This document shows, in pieces, positions 40,427 through 55,100 of a stretch of 63,941 nt of DNA (the first letter of the stretch is position 1; each line of letters starts with the position of its first letter). The notes beneath the pieces are model-generated. The model saw nothing but the letters and a program-made list of their open reading frames with translations. It ran no database searches and had not been told where the DNA came from. This DNA comes from Octopus bimaculoides. Lineage: Eukaryota. The stretch is taken from the NCBI RefSeq assembly GCF_001194135.2, contig NC_068981.1, positions 87,851,844 through 87,915,784 on the forward strand, in the 5' to 3' direction. The position numbers and the translations under genes are program-made.

Positions 40427-43400
40427 NNNNNNNNNNATATATACACATATACACATGCTGGGTTTAGTAGAAGAGGTAATATGCATGGCCTTCACAAGCT
40501 TTTCTACTGAAGTAGTATTGATGCCATTAATATTCTTCTTGAGCCTTTGCAAATCATCAATTGTTGGAAAGATAAGAACAGAGAAAGAATTCTAGGGGGT
40601 TGGCATACTGGGAAGGGTGAACTGGGTGTAGTGATCAGTGCAAAGCATGGAGTGGTAGGTGGATATAAGAGTGAGTTGGAATGCCTGCATATTGAGACAT
40701 GAGCCCAGCCAGCTCCAAAGAGCAGTAGCCATTATAGTTACAATAGAAAAGCAGAGTGATGAGGTTAGAGTCTGTCTGTAAGTCATTCTATACCAAATTA
40801 ATCTCAAGCGATGGAAGGAGCTCAAAGCAGGTTATTTTCACCAGAGATTCACATGTCAGACATGCTTGAAAGCTTTGCCGATGTTAAGGATAACCACATT
40901 GTTTTCACCAAATTTCTCCTAAGCAAAAATCCACTGATGAGTGATGGATGCGAATAGGTCACCAGTGGATCCAGTTTTACAGAAACTGTCCTGGTAGTTA
41001 ATATGTGAGGAGAGAGAAATTCAAGTTCTTTGAAGTCTTCACTAATGGCTGTTTCCATTACTTTAAAGATTTTGAAAGTGAGTGCAATAGGATGATAGTT
41101 GGTAGGATTTGAGAAGTTTCCTTTTCTTTCACTAGAACACATTGTAGTGTGTTTCAAAGGTCAGTGTAGAACCAAGAGTTTGGTATAGGAGCCATTTCTG
41201 AAGCAAAAATATTTGAGAAAACTGGATGGAATGTTGTCTGGATTAGAGAACTTGTTGATTTGAAGCAGATTAGATTTTCTATCTCAAATCATTATACTTG
41301 AAAAGATGGGTGTCTTGGATATTCTTTTCCCTATTAAATATAACTTTTCAACTTTCTGATTATTTCACAAACATATTTAAAACAACATTCATCTAAAGGT
41401 TACTTCTAAAATAAGTTTGAAATGAGAAATAGCAAAGTTAGGCAGGTTTTTCTTTTTTATTTAGATGAATCAATATAATGCAATTTTATTTCTTGCATTG
41501 ATTCTTATTGAATGACTTATTTTAGTTTCTCTATTAAGTGTTTCAGTAAAAGGAGTAGAATATGTTTTTATGACAGTCTGCATCATATTTTTAAGTTAAC
41601 AGTCTGTCTCATATTTTAAATATAAATTTGTGTCAATTTTTGTTAGTACTACAAAGACAGCAAGTTATTTGATGTTATTTTGTATTCTCTTTGAATAGCA
41701 TTTAGTTTTGCTAAGTTGCAATAGGAATGAACCAGTTTTTATTATTTGTATGACTTGAAAATGTTTGAATAGATAAAATGCTTTTATTATACAAAATATT
41801 ATTCTTAGTTATTACGAAGCAGATATCACTTTTATTTTATGTTTATGTGATTGTATTTGGAAACCAAAAGCAATGATTTTGCAAAATTAGTAGTGTCCAG
41901 CTAAATGACTTACAATATTTAATTTCTTCCCCTCTGTGTTTTGAGTTAAAATTCTGCTTTTCCCATTTTACCTTTTATTCCTTCAAGGTCAATAAAATAA
42001 GTAGCAGTCTAGTCAGTTCAATCAACTACATTCCCCACTACAAATTTGAACCATTGTTGGAACATTAGCTTCAACAAAATATGGAAATGTCTTATGAAGA
42101 AATAGTTTTTTAAAAGTCTGCGATTTTGAACATAAGTGATTGGTTTGAGCTAGTTCTGCATCATAGCCGAATTCATACTTATATATAATTCAAAAATATT
42201 TGTAAATGTTTTTTAAACTATCTCTAGTATGAATTAGATGCATTAGTGAATTAGGACAGTTGCATAATGAATAGAAGATAAATATGTTTTCAGGCATATT
42301 TTAGTTTTGAAATGCAATTATGTGCTAGTGTTTTAATATAGTTTACATTTTTGTTTCTTTTTAGCTCTATTTGAAGTATATATAAATGAGTTGTTTGCTA
42401 ACTAGGTTTTCTACACCTAATTTAGGTTAAGAGGCCAAATATCCTTTATTCAAAGTAATCTCTATACTAAATCCATTTTTAACTTTTTTTTTTTCCAGAC
42501 CTAAAACCCTACCTAGTTTAGAAGAAGCTTGGAGTTTACCAATTCCAGCTGAACTTATTTCTCGACAAGCAGCCAACTCTGCCGCACAGCAGCAGGTTGG
42601 TAATTTACACCTTTTTTTATTTTCTCCCTACACCCCGTCATTTTAAATCCTTTATTTTTTTAAAGTTCTTCCATAATTTAAAAAATGTTACTAAGAACCC
42701 TTCACATTTCACAATTTATTGCATGTTTACTTTTTTTTTTCTTTGTGTAACAGTATTTAGATAAGTTTTACATGAAAGAATTCTAAATATATTTATTGTT
42801 ATTTAGTAAGATGGAACACCCTTTAACTGTGTGGAAGATGGGTGAAAATTAGCTACAATTATTGAATAATATCCTTTACTTTAATAAAGATACAACTGAT
42901 AAAACAATCAAATTAGTGCTTGATGTTGTATATCAATGAAATAGGAAATGCAGATGTTTAAGCCTTTAGCATTTAAACTGGCCACATCTGGTTCAAATAT
43001 TCTACCTGTTTTTTGTTCAAACCAACCAGCTCTGGCCTCTCCTACCTTACCCTACCATGTCATTCTAAAAATACTCAATCACATCATCAAAACTTCAAAG
43101 CTACGAGATAACAATAAATTTAAAACAATGTAAATAAATAAGCATTACATTTGATAGAATAATCTGAATGTTGAAGGATCAGGGAATGGATTGAAAGCAA
43201 AATAGCTGTAAAAGAAACTACAGCAAAAATACAGTTAATTAATATCCAGGTGAGAGACAAGACAAGAAAATAACAATGAAGAGTACAAAGTCAAGGTAAT
43301 TTGCACTGTGAAGAAAAGAAAAGAAAGACACCTCATGTCAGACATTGGTCCTTCATCAAGATAGAAGAAAGGCAAAAAGAAAAGAAAAATGAAAGGAAAA

Positions 43401-46400
43401 TAAGATAAGACACGATGTTGGGTCAAAGATGTAGCACGCTTGACTAACACATAGGAAGTAATGGAGTAGTCTTTTTTTTCTTCTCCTTTTTGAAAGCTTT
43501 TACTATTGCCACCCATGCCTGTCATGTTATTTCCCTTACCTCCACCCACCCCCATGCTCCCTTTGTCACTAAAAATAACTTCCTTACTTCACTACTTCCT
43601 GTCTACCATTGAACCATGTTACATCTATCACCCAGTATCAAGTTTTTCCTATCCCTGCTTTTTCCTTCTCTCTTGACTGAAGGACCAGCCTAGAAAATGT
43701 CCATTTTCCTCCTTCTTTTCTCTCCTCCACAGCCAGTTACAATAAATTTGTATTCAAGTTCATTGTATTTTTACTTTTTTGGCCTTTGTTTATATATTAC
43801 CTGGATGTTAATTACTAAACTGATGCAAATGTGACCTAGATTACCTCTAGATTTAATATTTATTGTAGAATGAAATGTCAATTCATATCTAAACCCTACA
43901 GAGTTTAGATATGAATTGACAAATATAATAGTTTTATCTAACAATGCTAGTGTATAAAATGGAAGACTCTGTAGATGCAGATATAATAATGCTACACATG
44001 TATGGAGTATTTGTATTTAGTTTTAGAAAGTGTGTACTAAAAAAGTTTGCCTTTTTCAGAGTAGCCATTGAGATAAATTCATTATTAAATTAACAGTCAT
44101 GGTTTTTTTTTTTTTTTTTTTTTTTTTAATGAAGTAGGTATTTATTATTTTTACTGATCAAAAAGATAAAGCAGGTTTTACTTTATGAATGATGAGTTTA
44201 CATTTCTCCGTAGATACCATATCCTTCTTTATTCTTTTTTTTTGCTTTTTCTTTATTTGACAACTCTAAATTGGATAAAATTTCATAATTTGTCATGCTC
44301 ATTTTCCATTTTATGAGGTCTGGACAATTAGCATTGTGTAAATTAGTTATGTACATGTAACACAATAGAAAGTAAAGATGTGACATTTAGTGTAACAAAA
44401 AATATAAAGAGATAATGCTTACACACACACACACACATACACTAATATACACTATTACCAAATAGAAATTATGATTGTTGATAATTTTGAATTCAGTTTT
44501 CTTTTCTGCTCTTTTGTAGCAGAATTTTTTCTTTTACTTACTTCCATCAGTATTTATAACTGATCAACAGTTCATACAATGTATCAAAACCTAATTATTT
44601 ATTATTATTGAAAAAAAATTAAGGTGTGAGTTGGCAGAATTGTTAGTACACTGGGCAAAATGCTTACTGGTATTTTGTCTTTATGTTCTGAGTTCAAATT
44701 CCACTGAGATTGACTTTGCTTTCATCTTTTGCAGGGTCAATAAAATAAGTGCCAGTCAAGTACTAGGGTCGTTGTAATTGACTTCCCCCTCTTCTCAAAG
44801 CTCCTGGCCCTGTGCCAAAATTTGAAACCATTATTAAAAAATCTGATTATACTGGTATATAATTAGTTTTCTTAATAATGGTTTCAAATTTTAATCCATC
44901 CATCTATCTCCTAGCAGAGGAGGGATAGAGTCCTTCTGACACTTCTTCTATAGGGTCTTATCAGAAGCAACCATCATTAGACTTTGTGGCTGGATTCTCA
45001 AGTGTGACTAATTGAGACTATGGATATTGTCCAACTATCTTGTATCTTAATGTAACCTTGAATGGTAGAGTTAATCCATTGACTGGTTTAACATCATCTT
45101 GAATGCCTTTAGTCATGTCCCCTCTGTTGCAAGCATTTCAGCCAGAGCTTCAGTTTGAAGATATCTTCATTCTATCCTCCCATCAGTCTTGGAGGCCCTG
45201 TAAAGGGTCATGGGCACTGCCCTTTCCTCCTGACTAAAAAGATTTAATATCTTGAGTTTCACACCACTCTTCTTACGGTTAACTTTGCCTTTCATATTTC
45301 AGTGATCAATGAAATAAGAACCATTCATATATAAGGTTCCAATACAAGCAACTCTGTCCATTCTGTTTACAAAATAAAAATGCCTTGTGCTTGATAAAAA
45401 GTAATTAATATTTTAAATCTTGAAAGGTGAAGGTGGAAAACTGGCAAAATTGTTAGCACACCAGACAAAATGCTTAGTGATGTTTCGTCCATCCTTACAT
45501 TACAGGTTCAAATTCTACTCAAGTCAGCTTTACCTTTCATCCTTTCAGGATAGATAATATAAATAGTTCAAATTTACAGAAAGCAAAAGACAGGTGTAGG
45601 AACAACAAGCAGGTGTATTAGTTTAACGCTTGGGAAGAATGGAAAAGTATTTGATGTTTCTAGCACACACTCTTTGACAGAAAGGATTAAGAGGGGGGAA
45701 ATGTGTAGGGATTAATGGTTCAACATGTAAATACCAGTTAAGCACTGGGCTCAATGTAGTCAGTCAGCGTATCCTCTCCCCTGAAATTACTGGTCTTGTC
45801 AAAATCAGTATTTTAAACCTTGAATTTTTTTGTCACAAATGTACAAATCAAAAATTTTTAATAATTATTAAAAACCATATTTTATCCAGTTATTTATTAT
45901 ATTCTTTATTTTCATTCTAAATAATTGAACTTTGTTGAATTTTATTGTTCTCTTCACAGCAACAGGTGTCTGATTGCTCAGCAGCATCAGACCCTGTTTC
46001 AAAGTCACCTACGGCATCGAGCACCCTTTTAACAGAGTCTGCCATGGACATAGATCCTAGTTCATCTGCTGTACAAGCTAAGAAGAAAAAATATACTCCT
46101 ACCCCAGCTTCCCGTAAAAGGGTAAATTATCTATTTATTTATTTATTGTTTATAAAAAGTTAACTTCAAGTATCACACTATCAAAGATTGGATTCTTTCA
46201 AAATAGAATGCTTTTGTAGGTATCACAATTCTAGAAACTGCATTTCATGAGATTGGAAGCTGAAGTTTTTGAAACTTGATAACCTTTGCATTGACAAATT
46301 GTTTTGACAGTGCAGCACAAATCCAGTTTTTGTAGATTTGAACACTTTTGCCTGGGCATACCAGTCATTAAGGTTGTATCAGCAGAAATGAGAGCTATAA

Positions 46401-49076
46401 AACTGCTGTGTGGCCCAGTCAGAAGGATGTTGATCAGAGTTTAGACAGCTAGATAGGTGTGAATATATCAAATATCAGTTTAATGTAACCCAGTACCAGC
46501 TGCTTTGAAATGTTAACAAAATTCTTAGCTTCCTTTGATAAATGATTCAAATATGAATTAGAAGCAGCTCAAGGTATACTCTTTTACTTGTTTCAGTCAT
46601 TTGACTGCGGCCATGCTGGAGCACTGCCTTTAGTCAAGCAAATCGATCCCAGGACTTATTCTTTGTAAGCCTAGTACTTATTCTATCGGTCTCTTTTGCC
46701 AAACCACTAAGTTACGGGGACATAAACACACAAGCATCGGTTGTCAAGCAATGTTGGGGAGACAAACATAGACACACACACACACACACACACATATATA
46801 TGACGGGCTTCTTTCAGTTTCTGTTTACTAAATCTGCTCACAAGGCTTTGGTCGGCCCGAGGCTATAGTAGAAGGCATTTGCCCAAGGTGCCACGCAGTG
46901 GGAATGAACCCGGAACCATGTGGTTGGTAAGCAAACTACTTACCACACAGCCACTCTTGTGTCTATGTATATAAACAAAATCGAACACACATACACAAAG
47001 TATGTGTATTAGTTCATGGGCCAGCTGTGGTTTTTAGGTATACGAGAATATATTCTCTATGCATCTGGTGTAAAAAAACACCTGGCTGTGACTTACTTTC
47101 AGGTGTTTTTTTACACCAAGCACATTGAGAATATATTATGCCTAAAAGCCACAGCAAACCCACAAACTAACGACACATACCTTGTGTATGTGTGTTCGAT
47201 TTTGTTGATAAATGATTGGTTAAAAAGAAACCAGTTATAAAACAGTGTATGAGGGTTAAAAACAGACAAGGCATGTTACCATGCACATATCTATACTCTA
47301 ATTACAAAGAATATCAAAGTTCTTGTTGAAACTCACATTAAATGCAGATTTAACAGACAAAAGTTGAGTCAGAAAATAAAGAATGTATGCAACAGTATAT
47401 ATAATGTATCTGTTCATTTTGTCATGGCTGAGTCAGAATTGGTTGAATCATGACTTGTCATTTTTGACATGGTCAAATCGAACAGGACTTGAGCTCATTA
47501 CTGTCCTAGAGCTTTTCTAGGTTTACAAATGGAAGTGTTGTTTATTTATTTAACTAGCAGCTGATTCTTGTTGACAGGAATTTTTCTTAAAAAATTTCTT
47601 GTAGCTGTTTTCTGAAGCTTGGCCATTTTCATTTAAAATTTAAACGAAACTTCTTCCAAATTTTCCTTTACATTGAGTAATTTTAATTTTAGTACCTGTT
47701 TTTCAGTTTGCATTATTTGTATTTTGTGATTTGAATGTTTAACTGTTTAGCTACATGTTGACAAAGAATTTTCTTTACATGTCACTGGTAACTTTCTCTA
47801 TACTTGTTGTTATGTCAGAGTTGTGAAATGACAGTCAACCTCTCTGGTGCCAGTGGCACAGTAAAACCCACTCACTTCATGTTGTAAGATGATTGGCAAT
47901 AAAAAGAGTATTCAGTCATAAATACCATGCCAAAGCTAAACAAAATGATATTAACAAAATGATAACACAGTAACAAAGTTTGGCAGTTTCCTGTACTACT
48001 GTGAATATAAGATGTTGATGGAAACTAGGAATAAGTGATTATCTTTAAACACAAGTTGTAGTCAGCAAAATGATAGTAGCAATGAGTTCAAGAAATTTAG
48101 CATGAAGACAAGTATCTATCACAGTCAGATTTCAGCCCCTTCCTGCTTATATCCTATTACCAATAAAAGAGTAGTTTAAGATTGGTTTTTCCATGCAATT
48201 TGTATATGCTGATGATATAGTTTTAAGAGCGGATGTTATAGAATATCTAGAGAAAAGATTTCAAACAAGAAAGCAAAGCCTAGAATCAAGAAGTCTACAA
48301 AGTTTCAATAAGCAGGAAAGAAGTCAGAGGAAGTGACCATACTCTACAGAAAAATGGGTAGAAATTCTATAAGGTGTACCTATTGTTAAACTTGGGATAC
48401 ACAGAAGCAATCAATATTGAAATAGATACTTTCAGCCACTTTCACCTTGAAGGCTCTACACCTAGATAACAAAAGCTATCAACTACTTCTGGGGAGTTTT
48501 CAACTTCCTCAGAAGTAGTTGGTACTTTAAGAGTGAAGAGCAGATTATATGATGTGTGTGCCAAAAATGTGATGCTGAAAAGCAGTGAATCATGGACTTT
48601 GAGTGTAAAAGATTACAAAGGCTTGAGAGAAATGAAGTGAGCATGCTTTGCTGGTTATATAATGTTAGTGTTCAAAACATCTGTATAAAAATATGAGAAC
48701 GCTTGTGTGCAAGAGTAGAGAGTGTGCTAGTACGGGCAAGTGGTATGTGTAAAGAAAGTTGGTTATAACAGAGAAGTGCTAAGCACTCAAAATGGATGGA
48801 ATGTGTGGAAGAGACATCTCGTAAAATATGAAAAGAAGTTGTGAAGACTGACTTTGACGTAGAACTTCATGAAGAGATGGCAAAGAGCTTTAGTGAATGG
48901 TAACATACAGTGCTGGAGAAGACACATCTGTCCTTGCAAGCATGGTAAAACAGACAAATGGTGGTGATTGAGGTTGTAATATATATTATCTACATTTGGG
49001 TCCCTGAAACTTGACAGTTTTATTATAAGGCTAGACGTGCCCTTTATATTATTGTAACTGGTGTGTGTGTGTTGTA

Positions 49077-49153
<77 letters not shown>

Positions 49154-52100
49154 TTCTCTCTCTCTCTCTTTCTCTCTTTCTCTCTCTCTCTCTCTCTGGT
49201 AGGTAGGTAAAATGAATCAAGCACTTTAATTCCTTTGGTTTATTTGAACATATAACCCCAAGCGACAAGAATCCAGCTCTTTAACTACCAAATTGTTTTC
49301 TCACTACTTGGAAACTATAACAACATGAATTTCAATGCTATCTGGAATTGGAATTTTTAAATAAATTCTTTATAGTTGTATCTCTGGCAATATTAAAGCA
49401 AATTCCCAAGTAATAAATGATGACTAACATCTCTCCTGTCTCAAGAAAAAAAAAATCACCTACCTAATATTGTCGCAAATTTTGTCAAAACAGCAAAAAT
49501 TATCCTAGTTAATTCTTTTGTGCTTTTCATTCATTCTAGATTGGTACTGGTGAAGATGTTTTTCCCTCTGAGACCAGCATCATTTCCTAAAATTACTGTG
49601 TGATCTTCAGTCTTTTACTCTGAGTTTCACTTCAAATGCTGTTAGAGATACAACAATGAATTTAAATGCCCAATTGCAATAAGCAATGGAATCTCTGAAG
49701 TTATTATCCATTATCCCAAGAAATGGGAGTAGACAGACAACTTCAGATCTCACAAAGAAACTAAAGCATTTCAAAGTGGGGTGGTTCCACAGTATCTCAA
49801 AGCAGAATATTCTATTAATGTCATCAGCGCCAATAATCATTCAGGGTAACATTTCCAAACATAGTTCAGTAATGTTATCATCTCTGACATAACAAATAGT
49901 TTGTATTATAGAAGACCATATATGTGATGTTAATGTAGAAAGGTGTTTTGTAAAAAAAACATCAAACACTATTTCATCTTCATCTCAACAGATCTCAGAT
50001 TCAGTAGCAGCAGCAGCAGCGAAAGACAGTGTGGCGTTGACAAGAAATGTTACTGATGAGGAGCTGAATACATTACTACAAAACCGAGTTAGTGATGACT
50101 TATTTTCACACATCTCACAAGGAGGAAGCAATCAGAAATATGAGAAGAAAAGAACTACAGATAATTCCCAATCTACACAGCCAAGCAACAATGTAAATAT
50201 TACCTCTGTAAGTGGAGCCACAACAACTGCTTCAGCTGTTATTGGAAACACTGCCATTTCCTCCAATAACTCATCCAGTCAGCCACATTCCAGATCTCAG
50301 GTTCTTCATATGCAAGGCAAGACTAAAAAGCCAAGCTTGGCAGGTATGTCACAGAATAGTGATAAAATGACACATGAAAACACTCCCAAAAGTGAACCTG
50401 TTGTAGCTCTTAATACAAAGGTTGAGTCAAGACTGCTGTGCCGATATCTAAACCCCCCTAAATCTGCCTTAAATTTATCAATACACATGTCTGCACGAGA
50501 GGTCCTTGAAGCATGTAAGGGTTTAGGTAAGTAAATCAGTTACTTGCTTTAAATATTTAAAATAAAAGATGTTGATGATGATAATTAAAATTGCAGTATA
50601 TTGAATGATAGAGTTTATTCAATATAAGTCAAAATTTTATTTATGACACTATTTAAATATTTTTGTTGTATCATTTGATTTTTAGTATATTTTGCTTTTC
50701 AAATCTGTATATTAAGACAATATTGAATATTTATGGAGATTTATTTTTAGTTGTTGTCATTATTATGTGTGCAATATCTCTTTCCTATGTTGGTGTGGTT
50801 TTTTTTAGTCTACAATAATGCAAATTTCTAAGCAATTTATCTGAAAAACTTCACATCCAAAAGCCTGATTTCCTCAATTCAAGCATCATTGGTCTACTTA
50901 TTTTCCTGTTTTTATTATTTATGACACTTATATTGCACATTTACATCCTGTACTCATTCTATTGTTGGTCCTATCAGATCTCTGTCTTCATGATTTAGAT
51001 TTTATTTTCATACATCAAACGTCTGATAGATGTACATCTTATCTTGTTATTTATAGAATAAATCCTTTGGGTACCTGTAAAAAATAGACTTTATATTTTA
51101 GAAAATGAAAAAAATAACTGCTAAAATCGAACAGCACTCTTCAAAACTTGCACTAAGAATAAGAAAGGTAAAATTACCACCTGCTTTTATAGGAAGTTGA
51201 TGTAGGTAGTTTATCCTGTCCCCCTCTGACTTCTAGTCCATGCAATTGAGAACACTGCATTATTTATGGGATGACCCAGTATATAAAATCAATACTTCTA
51301 AAATATGAGAAACTTTGTTTTTCAAACAGTAAAAATTCTATTCTTACCAAAATATTACAAGATTAAATGCAGCAGACAAACAAATTACTAAGCTTTTTCG
51401 TTTTGAAGCAAGCAGTAATATAAACTCATAATTTCAAACATGGAAATTTGATTTGGGTTTATAAAGTTGTTTATCTCTGTTCTGTATAATTTCATACTCT
51501 ATTTATTTCTTAAAGTATCGTTCATAACACTTATATTTTCAATTTCAAACAGCAATTGCTGACAAACCAGTAATCTCTTTTACTACTTTTGTAATATTAA
51601 TAACCTTCAAATAGTTGTTGCCATATACTAGATAACACACCCTAGTAAATACATCTTTTCAAAGTCAATAAATTGCATGTAGCTACAATTGATAAATATT
51701 AATGTTTGCTTTATTTAAAAAATTCCATTTATAGGTAGAAATGGTATCACATCTTATTTTCTTGATGAACGACCGCCCCGACCTGCATCCCCACCATATC
51801 CACCACTGCCAAAAGAATCTCTTAACCCTCCAACACCAAGTGTTTATGTAAGGCTTCTTTTTAAATTGTTTTTCAATTTAATTTTCACTAAAATTTGTAT
51901 TTTCTTTTTTTCTTTCTTTGTCCAAATTTTTATTCCTATAGTTTTAATGAATTAAACAGCTACAATTATTTTGTTGCAGTTGCAGCATTTTTTGTTATAT
52001 ATCTATTGCTTTAAAAAATTACTCTGTACTTGTTTTGTGTTTAAAATCTTTAATTAATAAACTAGATAAGCCTTTTTGCTGTTTATGGAGGTAATTCAGA

Positions 52101-55100
52101 ATGCAAGAAATCTGCTTTCCTCCTTCACCATGAGTATATTTTTCTAGAATCTAAATTGATACTCTTAAACTAGTGTTAAGTTAAATGAGTATATTACACA
52201 TCTAAAAGTAAAATCAATCAAAACTTCACACATAGTCTTGATATTCCAGTACAAAAACAAGAGCAATGAATTAGAACTGAGAATATGTATCAAAGCTAGG
52301 TTGAATTGATGAAAAGTGATGACAACTAAGCAACTTGGTACTCTTCTCTAAGACTATAACTATTTTCTATCTTGATCGTTTCTAAGCATTTATTCATAAA
52401 CAATTATTTGATGCAAGTCAGTCAAGTAAATATAATTGGCTTAGTAAGCAATAAGAAGGCTAAGTTATGCCTATGAGTGTTATGGCCATACAAAGGAAAA
52501 GGTCATCAAAAATAAAGTAGAGCAGACAGAATTTAGTTTATCATGATAGCTGAAATTACTGAGTCTAAATAGAGCTAAAACAACTCATGCAGTCTTCACT
52601 TGAATTTTATGGAGTAAAAGAAGGTACTGTTTATATTTAACAGCTTTCTTGTTTTTATAAGTTTAAAACATTTGGGGGGACAACTATCAATCAGTGATTA
52701 ATACTATAGTTTAGTATTATATTCCTAAACTCGGTCTTACTTTTATTTAATCTTCCCTTTTTATTACTCACATTGCAATTTCTATATTTTAAATTCTCTC
52801 AGTACTTACTTGATTCAATTTAGCATAACTATCCATTAGAAAATGTTTGCATGAAACATACACCACATTTAAGGAAAGGTATTTTATCTTCTTTTACTAA
52901 TGGTTTTGTGTTTCATTTGACGCATTATTAGCCTTATATTGTTTGTCTATTATAGTTGGAAAGTAAGCGTGATGCATTCTCTCCAGAGTTACAGCAATAT
53001 TGTTATACACAACCTGTCGTGGTGATCCGTGGTTTAGCAGGAGCTTTGAAATTAGGTAAGTTAAATTATTCTGATTATTATGACATGGTTTTATTATAAC
53101 CATCTTAATTGAGGTAAATGTAATGATAATTAGAGGTTAATGTATTGTTAAAGAATTATTACTTAAGGTATAACAATTATTAAATATAATTTAATGTTGG
53201 TTTAAGCTTTATTAAACTAACACTTTAAGTGACTTCAGATACTTAGAATATTATAGCACTTCCTTACTTTGTTCCCCTCGGTATTCTAGCACTTCCTTGC
53301 TTTGTTCTCCTAGGTATTCTAGCACTTCCTTACTTTGTTCTCCTCAGTTTGTCCTAGATGAATTTAATTTTGCTAACATTTATAGGCATTATGAAGAGTG
53401 TAGCCATAAATATGGAAATGTGATCATCCATATCTCTTTAAAAAAATATATGAAAAGGGATTAGCAGATGCATAAAGTAAAAATAAGGATTAAATAGCAC
53501 AGAAGCAGGTTCTGATAACATTATTTAGGTTTTTCTAGAGCATACCATATTTCTATTTTTTTTGTTCAATTTTTGACTTCTGAAACTTTCTGAATTTTAA
53601 GTGAACAAAAATTATGATTATTGTATTCATAGATGTAACATTTATTCCATTTATTTGTTTGAGGTGACCTGGCTACAAGCTATCCACACCACCTTTGCTA
53701 CTAACCAGGAAACATTTCAGAGCAACAATAACCTCTCCTCAGGAAATGGTTGCAAAAATATGATATGCAAGGACTTAAATTGTTCTGATATTAGCTAGAG
53801 TATCTTGGTATTTCAGAGTATAATTAAAGTGTCAAGTGTGGGTTGGTGGACTGTGTTATCAATGTCAGTCTTTGCAGTATCTCTTGATTAATTTTGTGTG
53901 GATGTGAGCACAGAGACGTTTGTGGCATCTTCTGAAGACTGTTAAGTTTAGTATAAGTGGGTTGCTGGAATGTGCAAAGATACTTCACCAAAGATGGGCA
54001 AAAAATAGTGACATTACCTCTGAGTCTTGACATACTAGACTTTATCAGTCAGGATCCTAAGTGCAAGTGTGACAGAACAGAAGAAACCATTCCAATTTTC
54101 TGGCATCTTGGATTTTAGAGCTTAGTTGATCGCCATAATTTGTGTGACAACTGCTGATATTTTGATAGCTTTGCATATCTTAATAAGCACCTTGCATGTC
54201 CCTTAACATGAGAAGTTGCTGTTACAACTTTGCTCAGGTCTAGTGGGGCAGTAGTATTGATGCATAGGTTCACCAACAGTTTCAGAAGTAACAAAATTGG
54301 CAAACAATGTTGGCATTACCACTGGCTCAAGGGTCCAGATGCACATTTTGTCAGCTTAACACAGGAAAGGTAGAAAAATTTGTTGCAATTTCAACAGTTT
54401 CTTCCTTTTTGTTTTTTGCCTATTCTGCATGACACATGAGTAGCAGCAATCTACTTCCCGAAGTCGCTAACTACTAATATGTGTTGAGGGGTACATTCTT
54501 CGCCAGGGAGGTTTTGGCATTTATAAGCCGTCCTCTTTCCCTATTTCTGGCGAGAATGTAGTCGATTTGGCTAGTGTGTCTGCCGGAACGGTAGGTGACT
54601 AGGTAACAGGCAGGTTTCCTGATGTCGGTATTGCAAACCATAAGATCGTTTGCATCACAGAACTCTAGCAGTCTGGTTCCCTCCTCATTGCGGGAACTGA
54701 AGCCCTAGCCTCCATGTACGCCATGGAAGCCCCCTGCATGTTGTCCAACATGACCATTGAAATCACCAGCCACAAAGAGAAGGTCCCTGTCATTCGTCAA
54801 TGAAGTAGTTTGCAACAGGGTGTTGTAGAATTTGTCTTTCTACCCATCCTGTAGCTCCGGTTGAGGGGCATAGGCTGAGATGACGGTAACTAACCTATGG
54901 TGAAGCACTAGTCTAATCTTAAGTACTCTGTCACATAGTCTGACTACCTCGATTACCTTATCAACTCATTTCTCTGCTAGAAGTATTCCCACGCCCCTGA
55001 CCCCGTCAGTGTTCCCTGCCCAGAAAATCTTGTGTTCTCTGCCTGTGAGGAACCTCGCGGAACCTCCTCTCCACCTTACTTCTTGGATGCAGCACAAATC

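Noticed and set aside
39988-40595. ORFs with poly-L/V/S/N/I runs (also 48787-49268 ER repeats)
   Set aside because: Translations of microsatellites.
40930-40970. CTGATGAG...GCGAAT with a TCCAC/GTGGA stem, resembling a hammerhead
   Set aside because: Lies on the antisense strand of RT-coding sequence (STGDL...THQW), and the GAAA is not intact; coincidental.
53600-54360. Possible decayed DNA-transposon coding relic
   Set aside because: Only a vague SPDL-like word; not enough to assign.
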